Notes under the pieces: generated by a model | What the model was told of the DNA's origin: nothing | Databases searched by the model: none | The model's input: only the letters and a program-made list of their open reading frames with translations | Assembly (NCBI GenBank): GCA_937898755.1 | Contig: CALEJU010000005.1 | Location: 3,056-67,055 of the forward strand | Direction: 5' to 3' | Length of the DNA stretch: 64,000 nt | DNA from: an uncultured Acidobacteriota bacterium | GTDB taxonomy: Bacteria > Acidobacteriota > Terriglobia > Terriglobales > SCQP01 | Shown: positions 18,148 to 26,154 of the stretch, one piece after another | Position numbering within the stretch: the first letter of the stretch is position 1 | Layout: every line of letters starts with the position of its first letter | Made by a program: the position numbers and the translations under genes

Positions 18148-18385
18148 TGACAGCTCTCGGCCCAAGCCCGTCGGCCGAAAGAGCAATCAACTAAAATCCA
18201 ACCACCAAAAACTAACAACTCTTCGCTTCGTTCAACCGACAACCGACAACCGACCGAGGCCGAGCTCCGAGGGTCGATTAAACGCCCACCTGACAGCTCC
18301 CGGCCCAAGCCCGTCGGCCGAAAGTGCTATCAAAAATCCAACAACCAAAAACCAACAACTCTTCTCTTCGTTCAACCGACAACCT
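18148..18385. repeat. Two direct copies (~95 nt, period 143 nt) of a composite intergenic module
   Basis: Copy 1 spans 18148..~18250 and copy 2 spans 18291..~18385. Each is TGACAGCTCYCGGCCCAAGCCCGTCGGCCGAAAG + a CA-rich heptad block (AAAATCCAAC...AACAACT) + CTTCKCTTCGTT + CAACCGA heptads. Copy 2 runs up to the GH39 stop codon. Confidence 0.85.
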
Positions 18386-18386
18386 T

Positions 18387-20090
18387 CTACCAGCCCACCT
18401 CCACGAGTTCCAGCGCCTCGCCCGGCAACGTCAACGGGAGTCGCAGCGTGTGCGCCGTGGCATGCACGTCGCGCTCCGGTCCGTCCACCTGCAACTTGCC
18501 CGCCGCTTCGAGCTGCGCGACCTGCGCCGGCGTTGGGGCTGGTGGGGATCCCAGCTTTTGCCACCGTGTGAACGAATTGCTGTGCGTGGCGTCGATCCGG
18601 TAGCGGAGGACGTGCAATACACCCGCCGGCAAGCCGTCTAGTCGCAGTTGCAGCGCAAGCGGGGCACTGACGCCGGGGTCGTCGCTGTAGCGCCAGACCA
18701 TCACGTTGACGCGATGCCAGTCGCGTGTGGCGATGGCGCTCAGCGTCCCGGCGCCGGGAGCGCCGTGTTCCAGAACGTCATCAAGCGGTAGCGCCGCGGG
18801 ATTGCTGACCGGCAGCACCTTTCCCGACAGCCGTCCCAGCATGCGAAACGCGTTGAGCACGGGCTTGTCGACGCCATGCGTGGCGAGACTGCGGTATCCG
18901 GCAAACCACGGGTGGTCGAGACAGCCGGCGGGCGGTTGCGGAGCGGTCGGGGCGGCGCAGTTCCCCTCGAACTCGAAAGCCCAGGTCACCGCACCTTGGA
19001 CGCGCATGGCGTCGCGGGCGGCGAGTTCCAAGGTGCGGGCCACCGCCTCGGCGGTGTAGCTGGCGTAGAGTTCGCTGTTGCGGTAGGCGTCCTCGGGATG
19101 TTGCGCCACGGCGCAGGCGGCGCAGCCCTCCGGGTCGGACTCGCCGAGAATGATCGGCGTGTGGCGGAACTCCGGAAAGGATTTGACGATCTCCATCCCC
19201 GCGTTGATGGACCGCAATTGCTGTTGCAGTCCCATCTCCGGTTTGCCGGCGATCACTCTGGGACTGCCCTTGGCATGGAACGAGACGAAATCGAGCGGGG
19301 TCCCCGTGGCCCCAGTGGCGGCATTTGTGCCGTGCGCGCAATGTTCGAGAAAACTTCGTAGGAACCCGGCGGCGTGGGCGTTGGCCGGCCCGGTCGAGTC
19401 GGGGCCGCCGACGCGCGCCCCGGGCAGGGCCCGCCGCACCGCGTCCACGGTCACGTCGTAGAGCTTGAAGTACTCCGCCGGGGTGCCCTTCCAGTAGCCG
19501 ATGTCCGGCTCATTCCAGACCTCCCAGTCCCAGGTCCGGACGGTGGCGGCGCCGTAGCGCGCCACGTCATGCCGTACCCAGTGCTCGACCAGGTTCGCCC
19601 ATTTGCCGTAGTCGCGTGGCGGATAGGCCCACCCGGTAAAGATGGATCCTTTCGGGAACTGGTGCTGGTACGGTTCCGGGTGCGCGGAGAGCGCCTCCGG
19701 CATGAAGCCGATCTCCACCAAGGGGCGCATCTTCAGGCCGACGTAGACGTCGAAGATGCGGTCGAGTATGGTCCAGTTGTAAATCGGCCGCCCTGCGGCA
19801 TCCTCGCGATAGGCACCGGTCGAGCCCCATTTCAAAGCAGGCGTTCCATCTCCCGAGGTGAGCAGGTTGTGCACCCGCACATGCACCGGAACCGGGCTGA
19901 GCGCCGCCAGTTCCTTCAGGAGCTTTTCGCCATGTGGAAAGTAGGTGTAGTTCGGTTCATCGTGACCGACGTAGGCCCAGATGGCGGGCAGCGCCGCCCC
20001 CGGCGCGTCGGTTTGCACACGAATCACCACCGGCGCCTGCGCCGACACGCCGACCGCCAGTGCCGCGGAGAATAGAAGAGCTCGCCACAT
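18387..20090 (-). CDS. Secreted clan GH-A glycoside hydrolase, GH39-like
   Basis: Signal peptide MWRALLFSAALAVGVSAQA. WEVWNEPD (acid/base NEP motif). Start set at the ATG at 20090. Confidence 0.65.
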   Translation of the reverse strand: MWRALLFSAALAVGVSAQAPVVIRVQTDAPGAALPAIWAYVGHDEPNYTYFPHGEKLLKELAALSPVPVHVRVHNLLTSGDGTPALKWGSTGAYREDAAGRPIYNWTILDRIFDVYVGLKMRPLVEIGFMPEALSAHPEPYQHQFPKGSIFTGWAYPPRDYGKWANLVEHWVRHDVARYGAATVRTWDWEVWNEPDIGYWKGTPAEYFKLYDVTVDAVRRALPGARVGGPDSTGPANAHAAGFLRSFLEHCAHGTNAATGATGTPLDFVSFHAKGSPRVIAGKPEMGLQQQLRSINAGMEIVKSFPEFRHTPIILGESDPEGCAACAVAQHPEDAYRNSELYASYTAEAVARTLELAARDAMRVQGAVTWAFEFEGNCAAPTAPQPPAGCLDHPWFAGYRSLATHGVDKPVLNAFRMLGRLSGKVLPVSNPAALPLDDVLEHGAPGAGTLSAIATRDWHRVNVMVWRYSDDPGVSAPLALQLRLDGLPAGVLHVLRYRIDATHSNSFTRWQKLGSPPAPTPAQVAQLEAAGKLQVDGPERDVHATAHTLRLPLTLPGEALELVEVGW

Positions 20091-20121
20091 CACGCCGGAA
20101 TGGTAACAGGCTGGGGGTGAT

Positions 20122-20145
20122 CGGTTATCGGTTGTCGGTTGTCGG
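20122..20145 (+). repeat. Tandem heptanucleotides CGGTTAT-CGGTTGT-CGGTTGT-CGG
   Basis: Read directly. The same heptad occurs at 21869..21885 (+), 31645..31675 (+), 18233..18253 (-) and 18373..18384 (-). Confidence 0.9.
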
Positions 20146-20189
20146 CAAGACGAGAACGCGGACGCCACGGGCCGGACGGCGGCATGAAC

Positions 20190-20292
20190 GGTTGTTGGTT
20201 ATTGGTTGTTAGTTGTTGGATTTTAGAGCGCAGCCCATGGAGTTGTGGTTTGGCACGCTGTGCGCCGTGTAGGACAGGCACCCTGTCCCCAA
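20190..20292 (+). repeat. ~100-nt dispersed element, copy A (heptad block + two small palindromes)
   Basis: About 85% identical by eye to the reverse complement of 31706..31806. Exact shared runs are TTGGTTGTTAGTTGTTGGATTTTAGAGC, GTTGTGGTTTGGCAC and GCCGTGTAGGACAGGCA. Confidence 0.85.
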
Positions 20293-20397
20293 ACCGCTCG
20301 CAACGTACGAACGTGAAGCATTGAACGTGGGAACTCACGGTACGCGTCGTCGCTCCCACGGCCCTCCAAGCATCGGCACCCCCGCGGCAGCTTCCTC

Positions 20398-20677
20398 GAC
20401 AACGAAAGGATGATGGGCAAACCTTTCGTTAGCCAAATCCGAAGCAAAGCATCTTTTCGTTGGCCGCCTGATTCACCGGCCGCCTGGCCCCACTCGATCC
20501 CGCCCTCCGGAGCCCGCGCAGCGGGCGTCCCGCCCGTAGCCTGGGGCGAAATGCCTCGTTCGTGGTGGATAAATTAGACACGAGAGACAACGAAAGGATC
20601 ATGGGCTAAACTTTCGTTAGCTTCATCCGAAGCAAAGGATTTTTCGTTGGCCGCTTCCTTCACGGGCCGCCTTGGCC
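20398..20677 (+). repeat. ~92-nt direct duplication of the Fic 5' region (20398..20489 and 20586..20677)
   Basis: About 87% identity by eye. Each copy contains the inverted repeat AACGAAAG(G)-N12/14-(C)CTTTCGTT. Copy 1 reads TTG GCC GCC TGA (dead start). Copy 2 provides the real Fic TTG start at 20647. Confidence 0.8.
20510..20550 (+). repeat. 41-nt GC-rich repeat, copy 1 (GAGCCCGCGCAGCGGGCGTCCCGCCCGTAGCCTGGGGCGAA)
   Basis: Differs at 1 of 41 positions from 22024..22064. Contains the hairpin GCCCGC-GCA-GCGGGC. Confidence 0.85.
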
Positions 20678-21810
20678 GTTACGTCAGCCAATCCACGGCT
20701 GGGGAGACCGTGCGGGCGTTCGTTCCCCCTCCCCTGCCCCCTTCTCCGGCGGTCGATCTGAGCCGGGTCCAAGCCTTGCTCGAAGATGCGAGTCAGGCGC
20801 TGGGGCGACTCGACGGGCTGACAACGCTCCTGCCTGACCCCTCGCTTTTTATCTACCACTACGTCCGCAAAGAGGCCGTACTTTCGTCGCAAATCGAGGG
20901 CACCCAGTCCTCGCTTTCGGACCTGCTCCTCTTCGAAGATGACGAGGCCCCAGGGGTCCCGCTCGACGATGTGGTCGAGGTCTCCAACTACGTCGCCGCG
21001 CTCGATCATGGATTAAGACGGATTCGAGAAGGGTTTCCGCTTTCGCTCCGCTTGATCAAGGAAATCCACGGCGTGTTGTTGGCGAAGGGACGCGGGAGCG
21101 AGAGGAATCCCGGAGAGTTCCGCAGAAGTCAGAACTGGATTGGGGGCACTCGGCCCGGCAACGCCCTCTTCGTTCCTCCTCCGGCCGAGATGATTCTGGA
21201 GTGCATGGGAGCGCTGGAGACGTTTCTGCATGCCGCGGATCCATCCATGCCGGTCCTGGTAAAGGCGGCGCTGGTCCACGTCCAGTTCGAATCGATCCAC
21301 CCGTTTCTGGACGGCAATGGCCGCTTGGGTCGCCTCCTGATCACGTTTCTCTTGTGTACGTCGGGGATGCTGCGGGAGCCCCTCTTGTACCTGAGCTTAT
21401 ATTTCAAGGCTAATCGACAGAGCTATTACGACCTGCTGAATCGCGTCCGGAGCGAAGGGGATTGGGAACGCTGGGTCGAGTTTTTTCTGGACGGGGTTAA
21501 GCAGACCGCCGAGCAGGCATCCGACTCGGCCCGCCGCATCCTTGACTTGGTTGAAGAAGATCGCCGCAAGATTGAAGAACTGGGTCGTCCTGCCGCAACG
21601 GTGCTGCTCCTCCACTCCTGGCTGCGCCGGAAACCGATCACCTCCATTCCGATGGCGGCCAAGGCGCTCAATCTCTCCGCCCCGACCGTGGGCAAAGCCT
21701 TGGGCCACCTCCAGCGTTTGGACATAGTCCGGGAAACCACTGGCCGGCAGCGCCACCGCTTGTTTGTCTACCAGCGCTACCTCAGCACGCTGAGTGAGGG
21801 AACGGGCTGA
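20647..21810 (+). CDS. Fic-family AMPylase-type protein, class II (N-terminal autoinhibitory helix), C-terminal winged-helix
   Basis: Fic motif HPFLDGNGRLGR. Inhibitory motif (S/T)xxxE(G/N) present as SSQIEG. N-terminal G.YV......G....AFVPPPLP is typical of Fic_N proteins. TTG start. Confidence 0.85.
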   Translation: MAASFTGRLGRYVSQSTAGETVRAFVPPPLPPSPAVDLSRVQALLEDASQALGRLDGLTTLLPDPSLFIYHYVRKEAVLSSQIEGTQSSLSDLLLFEDDEAPGVPLDDVVEVSNYVAALDHGLRRIREGFPLSLRLIKEIHGVLLAKGRGSERNPGEFRRSQNWIGGTRPGNALFVPPPAEMILECMGALETFLHAADPSMPVLVKAALVHVQFESIHPFLDGNGRLGRLLITFLLCTSGMLREPLLYLSLYFKANRQSYYDLLNRVRSEGDWERWVEFFLDGVKQTAEQASDSARRILDLVEEDRRKIEELGRPAATVLLLHSWLRRKPITSIPMAAKALNLSAPTVGKALGHLQRLDIVRETTGRQRHRLFVYQRYLSTLSEGTG

Positions 21811-22023
21811 GAGCATTGCCCCTCCGGAGCCCGCGCGCGCCGAACCGGCGCCAGCCGGTGGACCGCAACGGTTGTCGGTTGTCGGAGAACACCAACACAA
21901 CGCCTCACGTCTCGACGCAACGTGGGCGTTAAACGTGAAGCGCAAAACGTGACGCGTCCGAACTCACAAAACCCCCCGTCGCCCCCCAAACTCTACGCTC
22001 CACGCCTCATGCCCTACTTCGCC

Positions 22024-22064
22024 GAGCCCGCGCAGCGGGCGGCCCGCCCGTAGCCTGGGGCGAA
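22024..22064 (+). repeat. 41-nt GC-rich repeat, copy 2
   Basis: See 20510..20550. Together the two copies bracket the Fic gene as direct repeats. Confidence 0.85.
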
Positions 22065-22163
22065 CAGCCCCAGGAAAACCGGGAACCCGCGCGCACAGAA
22101 CCGGCGTCAGCCGGTGGCCCGCAACGCCCCACAATCATCCGCTCATCTCTCGCCAAGCTCACG

Positions 22164-22574
22164 TTACGTCAGCCCAAACGCCTTTATCTCGCGTTCGTGA
22201 ACCAGGTCGATATTGAAATACAACGTGACCTTCGCGTCCTTGGCGTCCAAGGCGGTCAGCTTGTCGTACCAGTGACCATTTGCCGGGGTCTCGGCTTGGC
22301 TGGAAGGCCGGAGTCGTCCCGCGCGCAGAATCTCGTACTCCTCCTCCACCGCGATGACCTTCCACGCCGTCGCGGCCGTTTTACCATCACCGGACTTCAG
22401 AATTGAGGCCAACAACCCTTGGGCGATCGAGCGATGGAGCTGCTCGCTCCCGGCGTCGCCCAGCAGCTTATTGGCATAGGCGGCGGCCAAGTGCGCGTCG
22501 ATATCCACGTAGCTCTTGTCCAGCACGGCCTCGGCAATCCGCAGGAGCTCTTGTGACGATTTGGCCTGACCCAA
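22164..22574 (-). pseudogene. N-terminally truncated DUF4919-like gene
   Basis: ...SILKSGDGKTAATAWKVIAVEEEYEILRAGRL...HWYDKLTALDAKDAKVTLYFNID resembles the C-terminal two-thirds of DUF4919 proteins. There is no signal peptide or N-terminal part. Confidence 0.45.
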
Positions 22575-22774
22575 CTTTTCATGCCCGTCTGATTCGAGGT
22601 CGCACTGAAATCCCCCACCGGGCGCTCCAAAGCCAGATCGCCGACTCGGTCCAGATCATCGTCCACGTCGAACGCGCCGGCGGCCGACGCCGAGTCGCCG
22701 AAATCGTCGAAGTGGCCGGATTCGACGCCGACTCTGACCGCCAACAGTTCAACCCGCTCTACCAATGCACCTGA
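22562..22774 (+). pseudogene. C-terminal fragment of a VirB11/TrbB/CpaF-type secretion ATPase
   Basis: ALQSQIADSVQIIVHVERAGGRRRVAEIVEVAGFD matches the conserved tail (..QIA.A.D.IV...R...G.RRV.EI.EV.G.D). No Walker motifs precede it. Confidence 0.5.
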
Positions 22775-22789
22775 CCAGGAGGCATCACA

Positions 22790-23616
22790 ATGGATTCCAA
22801 TGCGCCTGTCACCTCGTGGGACTTCATGAAGGAGAACTACCGGCCGCAAGACCGAATTGCCATCGTGATCCGCAACCGTGCTGAGGACTACACTCTCCAG
22901 CGGCTGCTGTCGGCGCTGGACGCGCGGCTTCGCCCCGCATCCAGCGCTTCCTGCGCTACGAGAACGCCCACGGCGCCGACATCTACGTATCGATGAACAC
23001 GCTGAAGCCGGATGCCAAGGGCCGGACCAAGGCCGATATCGCCGAAATCCGTCACCTCTACCTGGACCTTGACGAAGACGGCGACCAGCGGTTGGAGCGG
23101 GTTCTCAAGAGCGACAGACTGCCGCAGCCGAACTACGTTCTTGACACGTCGCCCAGCAAGCACCAGGTCATCTGGAAGGTCGAGGGTTTCACGCTGGAGC
23201 AGGCTGAGGCCATGTTGCGCACGATGGCGCGTGAATTTGGTGGCGATCCCGCCGCTACCGATGCCGCCCGCGTACTGCGCTTGCCTGGGCTCCACAACAA
23301 GAAGTTCAGGGAACCGGTCAGCGTCAACGGCAGCAGGCTCTCCGATGCTGTACATGGATCAATAGGGTTCGCCAATTTTGCTGATGTGCCAGGGCGGGAG
23401 CGCTTCTCCACTGGCACGGGCACTGTGTCCAGCGGCCTCCGCCGCGACGGCGGCCCGTTGAGTCAATCCGAGCGGGACTGGGCTTGGGTCCGCGACCAGC
23501 TTCGCGGCGGGGTGACGCCTGAGTTGGTCAAGAAAGCGCTCGCAGAACGGCGGCATGACAAGGCCGATCCGGCATATTATGCCGAGCGGGCCGTTGCTAG
23601 GGCGTTGCATCGATGA
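22790..23616 (+). pseudogene. RepB-like DNA primase domain protein, frameshifted
   Basis: Downstream frame: ...QRFLRYENAHGADIYVSMNTLKPDAKGRTKADIAEIRHLYLDLDEDG...VLDTSPSKHQVIWKV...RVLRLPGLHNKK. The N-terminal ~45 codons are in a different frame (22790..~22930), so one frameshift lies near 22900-22935. Confidence 0.55.
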
Positions 23617-23665
23617 TTCTTGGTGCGCGGCAACGGTGCCCAACAGCCAATAGCAGCCATGCGCC

Positions 23666-24295
23666 TCAGTGACCGCGACCATACTGAGCGCCTCGTCGAA
23701 GTTGGAGATCGACGCCTGTCGAGTTAAAGCGGAACTGGAGCATCGCCGTGCTCACTAGGTATTCTGCGCATGCTTGATCATCGGAAAGTCGTCTGCGTCT
23801 GATGCTGAGAAGAGCCGTCCTCGGTAAGAGCAGACAACCCGAAAGCCAACCTGCCTCGTCTTCCTGATCCTTGTTGTGCGTCCGCAACGCTACGCCGCTT
23901 CCTGGCGCTATGAAGACCAACGATGGCTCATGGTTCAGAATGATATGAGCGACTTCGTGAGCCATACTGCTGCTTTGCCGCGCTTGCGAATGTGCGGAAT
24001 TCAGCACGATTAAATTGTGGCGACCGTCTGTCACCGTGATGGCGGACCATTCCTCGCGATGTATGGACACGAGACGTTCGACAGCGTCGGTCGGAATTTC
24101 CGAAAGGTCCCGAGGCCTTAAGATCGGAACTTTAAGACATGCGGCAATAGCGGCCGAATCCAAGGGCGCGTCCATTGCAACCTGGAGCTTGCGTCTGAAT
24201 TTAGCGGCGGTCTCCTCAGACCAAGTTTTAAACCCACGACGGAACATCAGCTCGCCCATCCCGTACTCTGCGTGCCAGCTCTTTTTGGGCGGCAA
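23666..24295 (-). CDS. capP: ImmA/IrrE-family zinc metallopeptidase (CapP-like)
   Basis: HEXXH motif as HEVAHIILNH. Lies immediately downstream of, and overlapping, the XRE gene. Start uncertain (24295, 24259 or 24247). Confidence 0.75.
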   Translation of the reverse strand: MPPKKSWHAEYGMGELMFRRGFKTWSEETAAKFRRKLQVAMDAPLDSAAIAACLKVPILRPRDLSEIPTDAVERLVSIHREEWSAITVTDGRHNLIVLNSAHSQARQSSSMAHEVAHIILNHEPSLVFIAPGSGVALRTHNKDQEDEAGWLSGCLLLPRTALLSIRRRRLSDDQACAEYLVSTAMLQFRFNSTGVDLQLRRGAQYGRGH

Positions 24296-24608
24296 GAATC
24301 AAAGTGGCCAGATCGCTGGCGGCCTCAGGAGAAAGCGCGGTGCCCGCTCGGAGATGAACCGCAGCGACTATTGGCTCGTCGAAACCGGGGCCGGCGCCAC
24401 TTTTCTGGCTTGACGGCATCTCCAGAATTTCAGCCGGGTCGACTTCCAGCCAAGTGCAGACTTTTCGGAACGTGCTCAGGTCAGGAAGCTTACCCCCCTC
24501 AACCCGCGACAGCGTAGCCGGGCTAATGCCGATTTCAGCGGCGACGTCTCGCACGCCGCGAGCGCCCCTTTTCTCGCGAAGCCGTGCTCCTAGGTGCAAA
24601 AGCGTCAT
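24228..24608 (-). CDS. capH: XRE-family HTH transcriptional regulator (CapH-like)
   Basis: LGARLREKRGARGVRDVAAEIGISPATLSRVEGGK is a Cro/C1-type HTH. GGAGG lies 5 nt before the ATG. The gene is divergent from the CBASS operon. Confidence 0.75.
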   Translation of the reverse strand: MTLLHLGARLREKRGARGVRDVAAEIGISPATLSRVEGGKLPDLSTFRKVCTWLEVDPAEILEMPSSQKSGAGPGFDEPIVAAVHLRAGTALSPEAASDLATLILAAQKELARRVRDGRADVPSWV

Positions 24609-24620
24609 TGGCAGCCTCCC

Positions 24621-24636
24621 GTTTCACTTGTGAAAC
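24621..24636. promoter_or_regulatory. Perfect palindrome GTTTCAC-TT-GTGAAAC, candidate CapH operator
   Basis: Sits 13 nt upstream of the capH ATG and 8 nt upstream of the plus-strand TTGACA. 7-bp arms with no mismatch. Confidence 0.55.
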
Positions 24637-24644
24637 AATATCGT

Positions 24645-24674
24645 TTGACACGAGGATCGTAGTGGCGGTACAGT
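24645..24674 (+). promoter_or_regulatory. Candidate sigma70-type promoter for the CBASS operon (TTGACA-N18-TACAGT)
   Basis: Consensus -35 at 24645..24650. The -10-like hexamer at 24669..24674 matches 4 of 6. Confidence 0.35.
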
Positions 24675-24790
24675 GGCGTTGAGCCCATCACCTGTAAGAC
24701 TAGCACTCTAGGGTGAGAATGGACAGCCCAATCGCCTGCTGGTATCAGGTTTTTCTGAGCCGGCCGGATAGACGCGGGGGAGAGTTCAGA

Positions 24791-25690
24791 ATGTCGAAAC
24801 AGACCGAGAGCATGAACAACGCAGCGGGGGTCGTTTGCCACCGTCGTTTGCCGGATCCCCTCTTCGAGTCGGCGTGGACTTCGATCAAGCTGACGCACGG
24901 CGTCCGGGAACGACTCCTGGCCCAGTCCCTTTTGACGCTTACAGTACGGCAACAGCTCTCCTTCGAGGCGGCACCGTTGCACGGCCTCATCCTCCTTATG
25001 GGCGTGCCAGGGACCGGAAAAACCACGTTGAGCCGCGGCCTCGCCAACCAAGTCGCTCATCGGCTTCCGCATGCCAAGACAACGTACGTCGAGATCGATC
25101 CGCATGCATTAACCAGCTCGGCACTCGGCCACAGCCAACAGGCGGTAGCAAAACTGTTTGAGCACACCATCCCTGAGCTGGCGATGGGCGGCGTCGCCAT
25201 TGTCCTGCTCGACGAGTTGGAGACGCTCGCCGTGTCCCGCCATAAACTCAGCTTGGAAGCCAACCCGATTGACGTGCATCGCGCAACCGATGCCGTACTG
25301 GCGGGCATGGACAGGCTGACCCGCGATCACAGAAATGTTCTATTGATCGGAACTACGAATTTTCCGAAGGCATTGGATCAGGCGGTAATTTCCCGGGCGG
25401 ACCACATCGAGAATATTGGCCTTCCGAACGATGCGGCCCGGCGCGAGATCATCCTGGACACGATCAAGGCCATCGGGTCTGTCTGGAATGGCGTGCGCGC
25501 GATTGAGGCCAATATCACGCGCCTTGCAAAGGCCTGCGATGGGCTTGATGGCCGGCGCATTCGAAAAGAGATTTTCGTGGCCATGGCGTCGGACGTAGAG
25601 ACGGCCAAGGACCCCGGAAAGCTGACCGCGGCGCAAATCGAGTCCGCGTTCCACCGCGCGTTGACAACACAGAAGGAGCTTGCAGAATGA
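24791..25690 (+). CDS. cap6: Trip13/Pch2-like AAA+ ATPase (CBASS Cap6)
   Basis: Walker A GVPGTGKT and Walker B VLLDELE, ~299 aa. Followed by HORMA-size genes, a CD-NTase and NucC. ATG at 24791 has GGAG 8 nt upstream. Confidence 0.8.
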   Translation: MSKQTESMNNAAGVVCHRRLPDPLFESAWTSIKLTHGVRERLLAQSLLTLTVRQQLSFEAAPLHGLILLMGVPGTGKTTLSRGLANQVAHRLPHAKTTYVEIDPHALTSSALGHSQQAVAKLFEHTIPELAMGGVAIVLLDELETLAVSRHKLSLEANPIDVHRATDAVLAGMDRLTRDHRNVLLIGTTNFPKALDQAVISRADHIENIGLPNDAARREIILDTIKAIGSVWNGVRAIEANITRLAKACDGLDGRRIRKEIFVAMASDVETAKDPGKLTAAQIESAFHRALTTQKELAE

Positions 25691-26154
25691 GAGTCCGTCG
25701 CGACATAAGTTCAATCCCGCACCACTCCGCCAGTGAGACCTGGCAGAGCATCATCGATCTTGCAACGGGCCAAGGATCAAAAGATGTCCACCAACTCAAT
25801 GCGGCTGCAGGCGTCATGGCGTCGATCATTGCCGATGAGCACCCGGCGGCCCGAGCCATCATCCTCGAAGGTGTCGGCGCGCAACTGCGAATCTATTGCC
25901 GGTATGGCATGGAAGCCGTTGAGGAAGGCAGCGCAGTGGATCCCCTCACCTGGAACCCTACGGCCGGGGACTGGACGATGCACGTGCCGTGCGATTCGGA
26001 GAATATGGCTTGGGTAAAAGGGTCGCTTTCGAAGACATCGCCGCGTATCAAAATATTCGATGTCGATGAAGCAGACCGCGCCGACGAAGAGCAAGCTGCG
26101 GCAAAGGCCAGTAGCGAAATCGTTGTCGATTGGAATTTTGGAGGGGAACTGTAA
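25687..26154 (+). CDS. 155-aa CBASS accessory protein, possibly a divergent second HORMA (Cap8/HORMA3-like)
   Basis: Its ATG overlaps the cap6 stop (ATGA at 25687-25690) and its stop overlaps the next ATG (TAATG). I recognise no motif, so the assignment rests on size and position only. Confidence 0.4.
   Translation: MRVRRDISSIPHHSASETWQSIIDLATGQGSKDVHQLNAAAGVMASIIADEHPAARAIILEGVGAQLRIYCRYGMEAVEEGSAVDPLTWNPTAGDWTMHVPCDSENMAWVKGSLSKTSPRIKIFDVDEADRADEEQAAAKASSEIVVDWNFGGEL

Noticed and set aside
16213-18186. Very long ORFs antisense to, or out of frame with, real genes. Examples: 16213..18186(-), 33858..36266(+), 53996..56179(+), 29127..30929(+), 11157..13034(+), 9709..11013(+), 62168..63457(-), 39032..40267(+).
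   Set aside because: Their translations are Arg/Gly/Ala/Pro-rich low-complexity strings without motifs. Each lies opposite or overlapping a gene with clear family signatures. Stop-poor alternative frames are expected in high-GC DNA.
20122-20224. Whether the periodic short repeats (heptads and the 95-nt and 41-nt repeats) could be a CRISPR array.
   Set aside because: The repeat unit is 7 nt with no unique spacers. The longer repeats occur only twice with non-uniform spacing. No cas genes are present.
20480-20490. An 11-nt match (CTGGCCCCACT) to the 3' end of tRNA-Met (28943..28953), considered as a possible att direct repeat marking the left end of the island.
   Set aside because: The match lies inside the duplicated Fic 5' segment, where its counterpart in copy 2 reads CTTGGCCGTTAC. 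It is short, and an island on the 5' side of the tRNA would not be delimited by a 3'-end repeat. It is probably chance.
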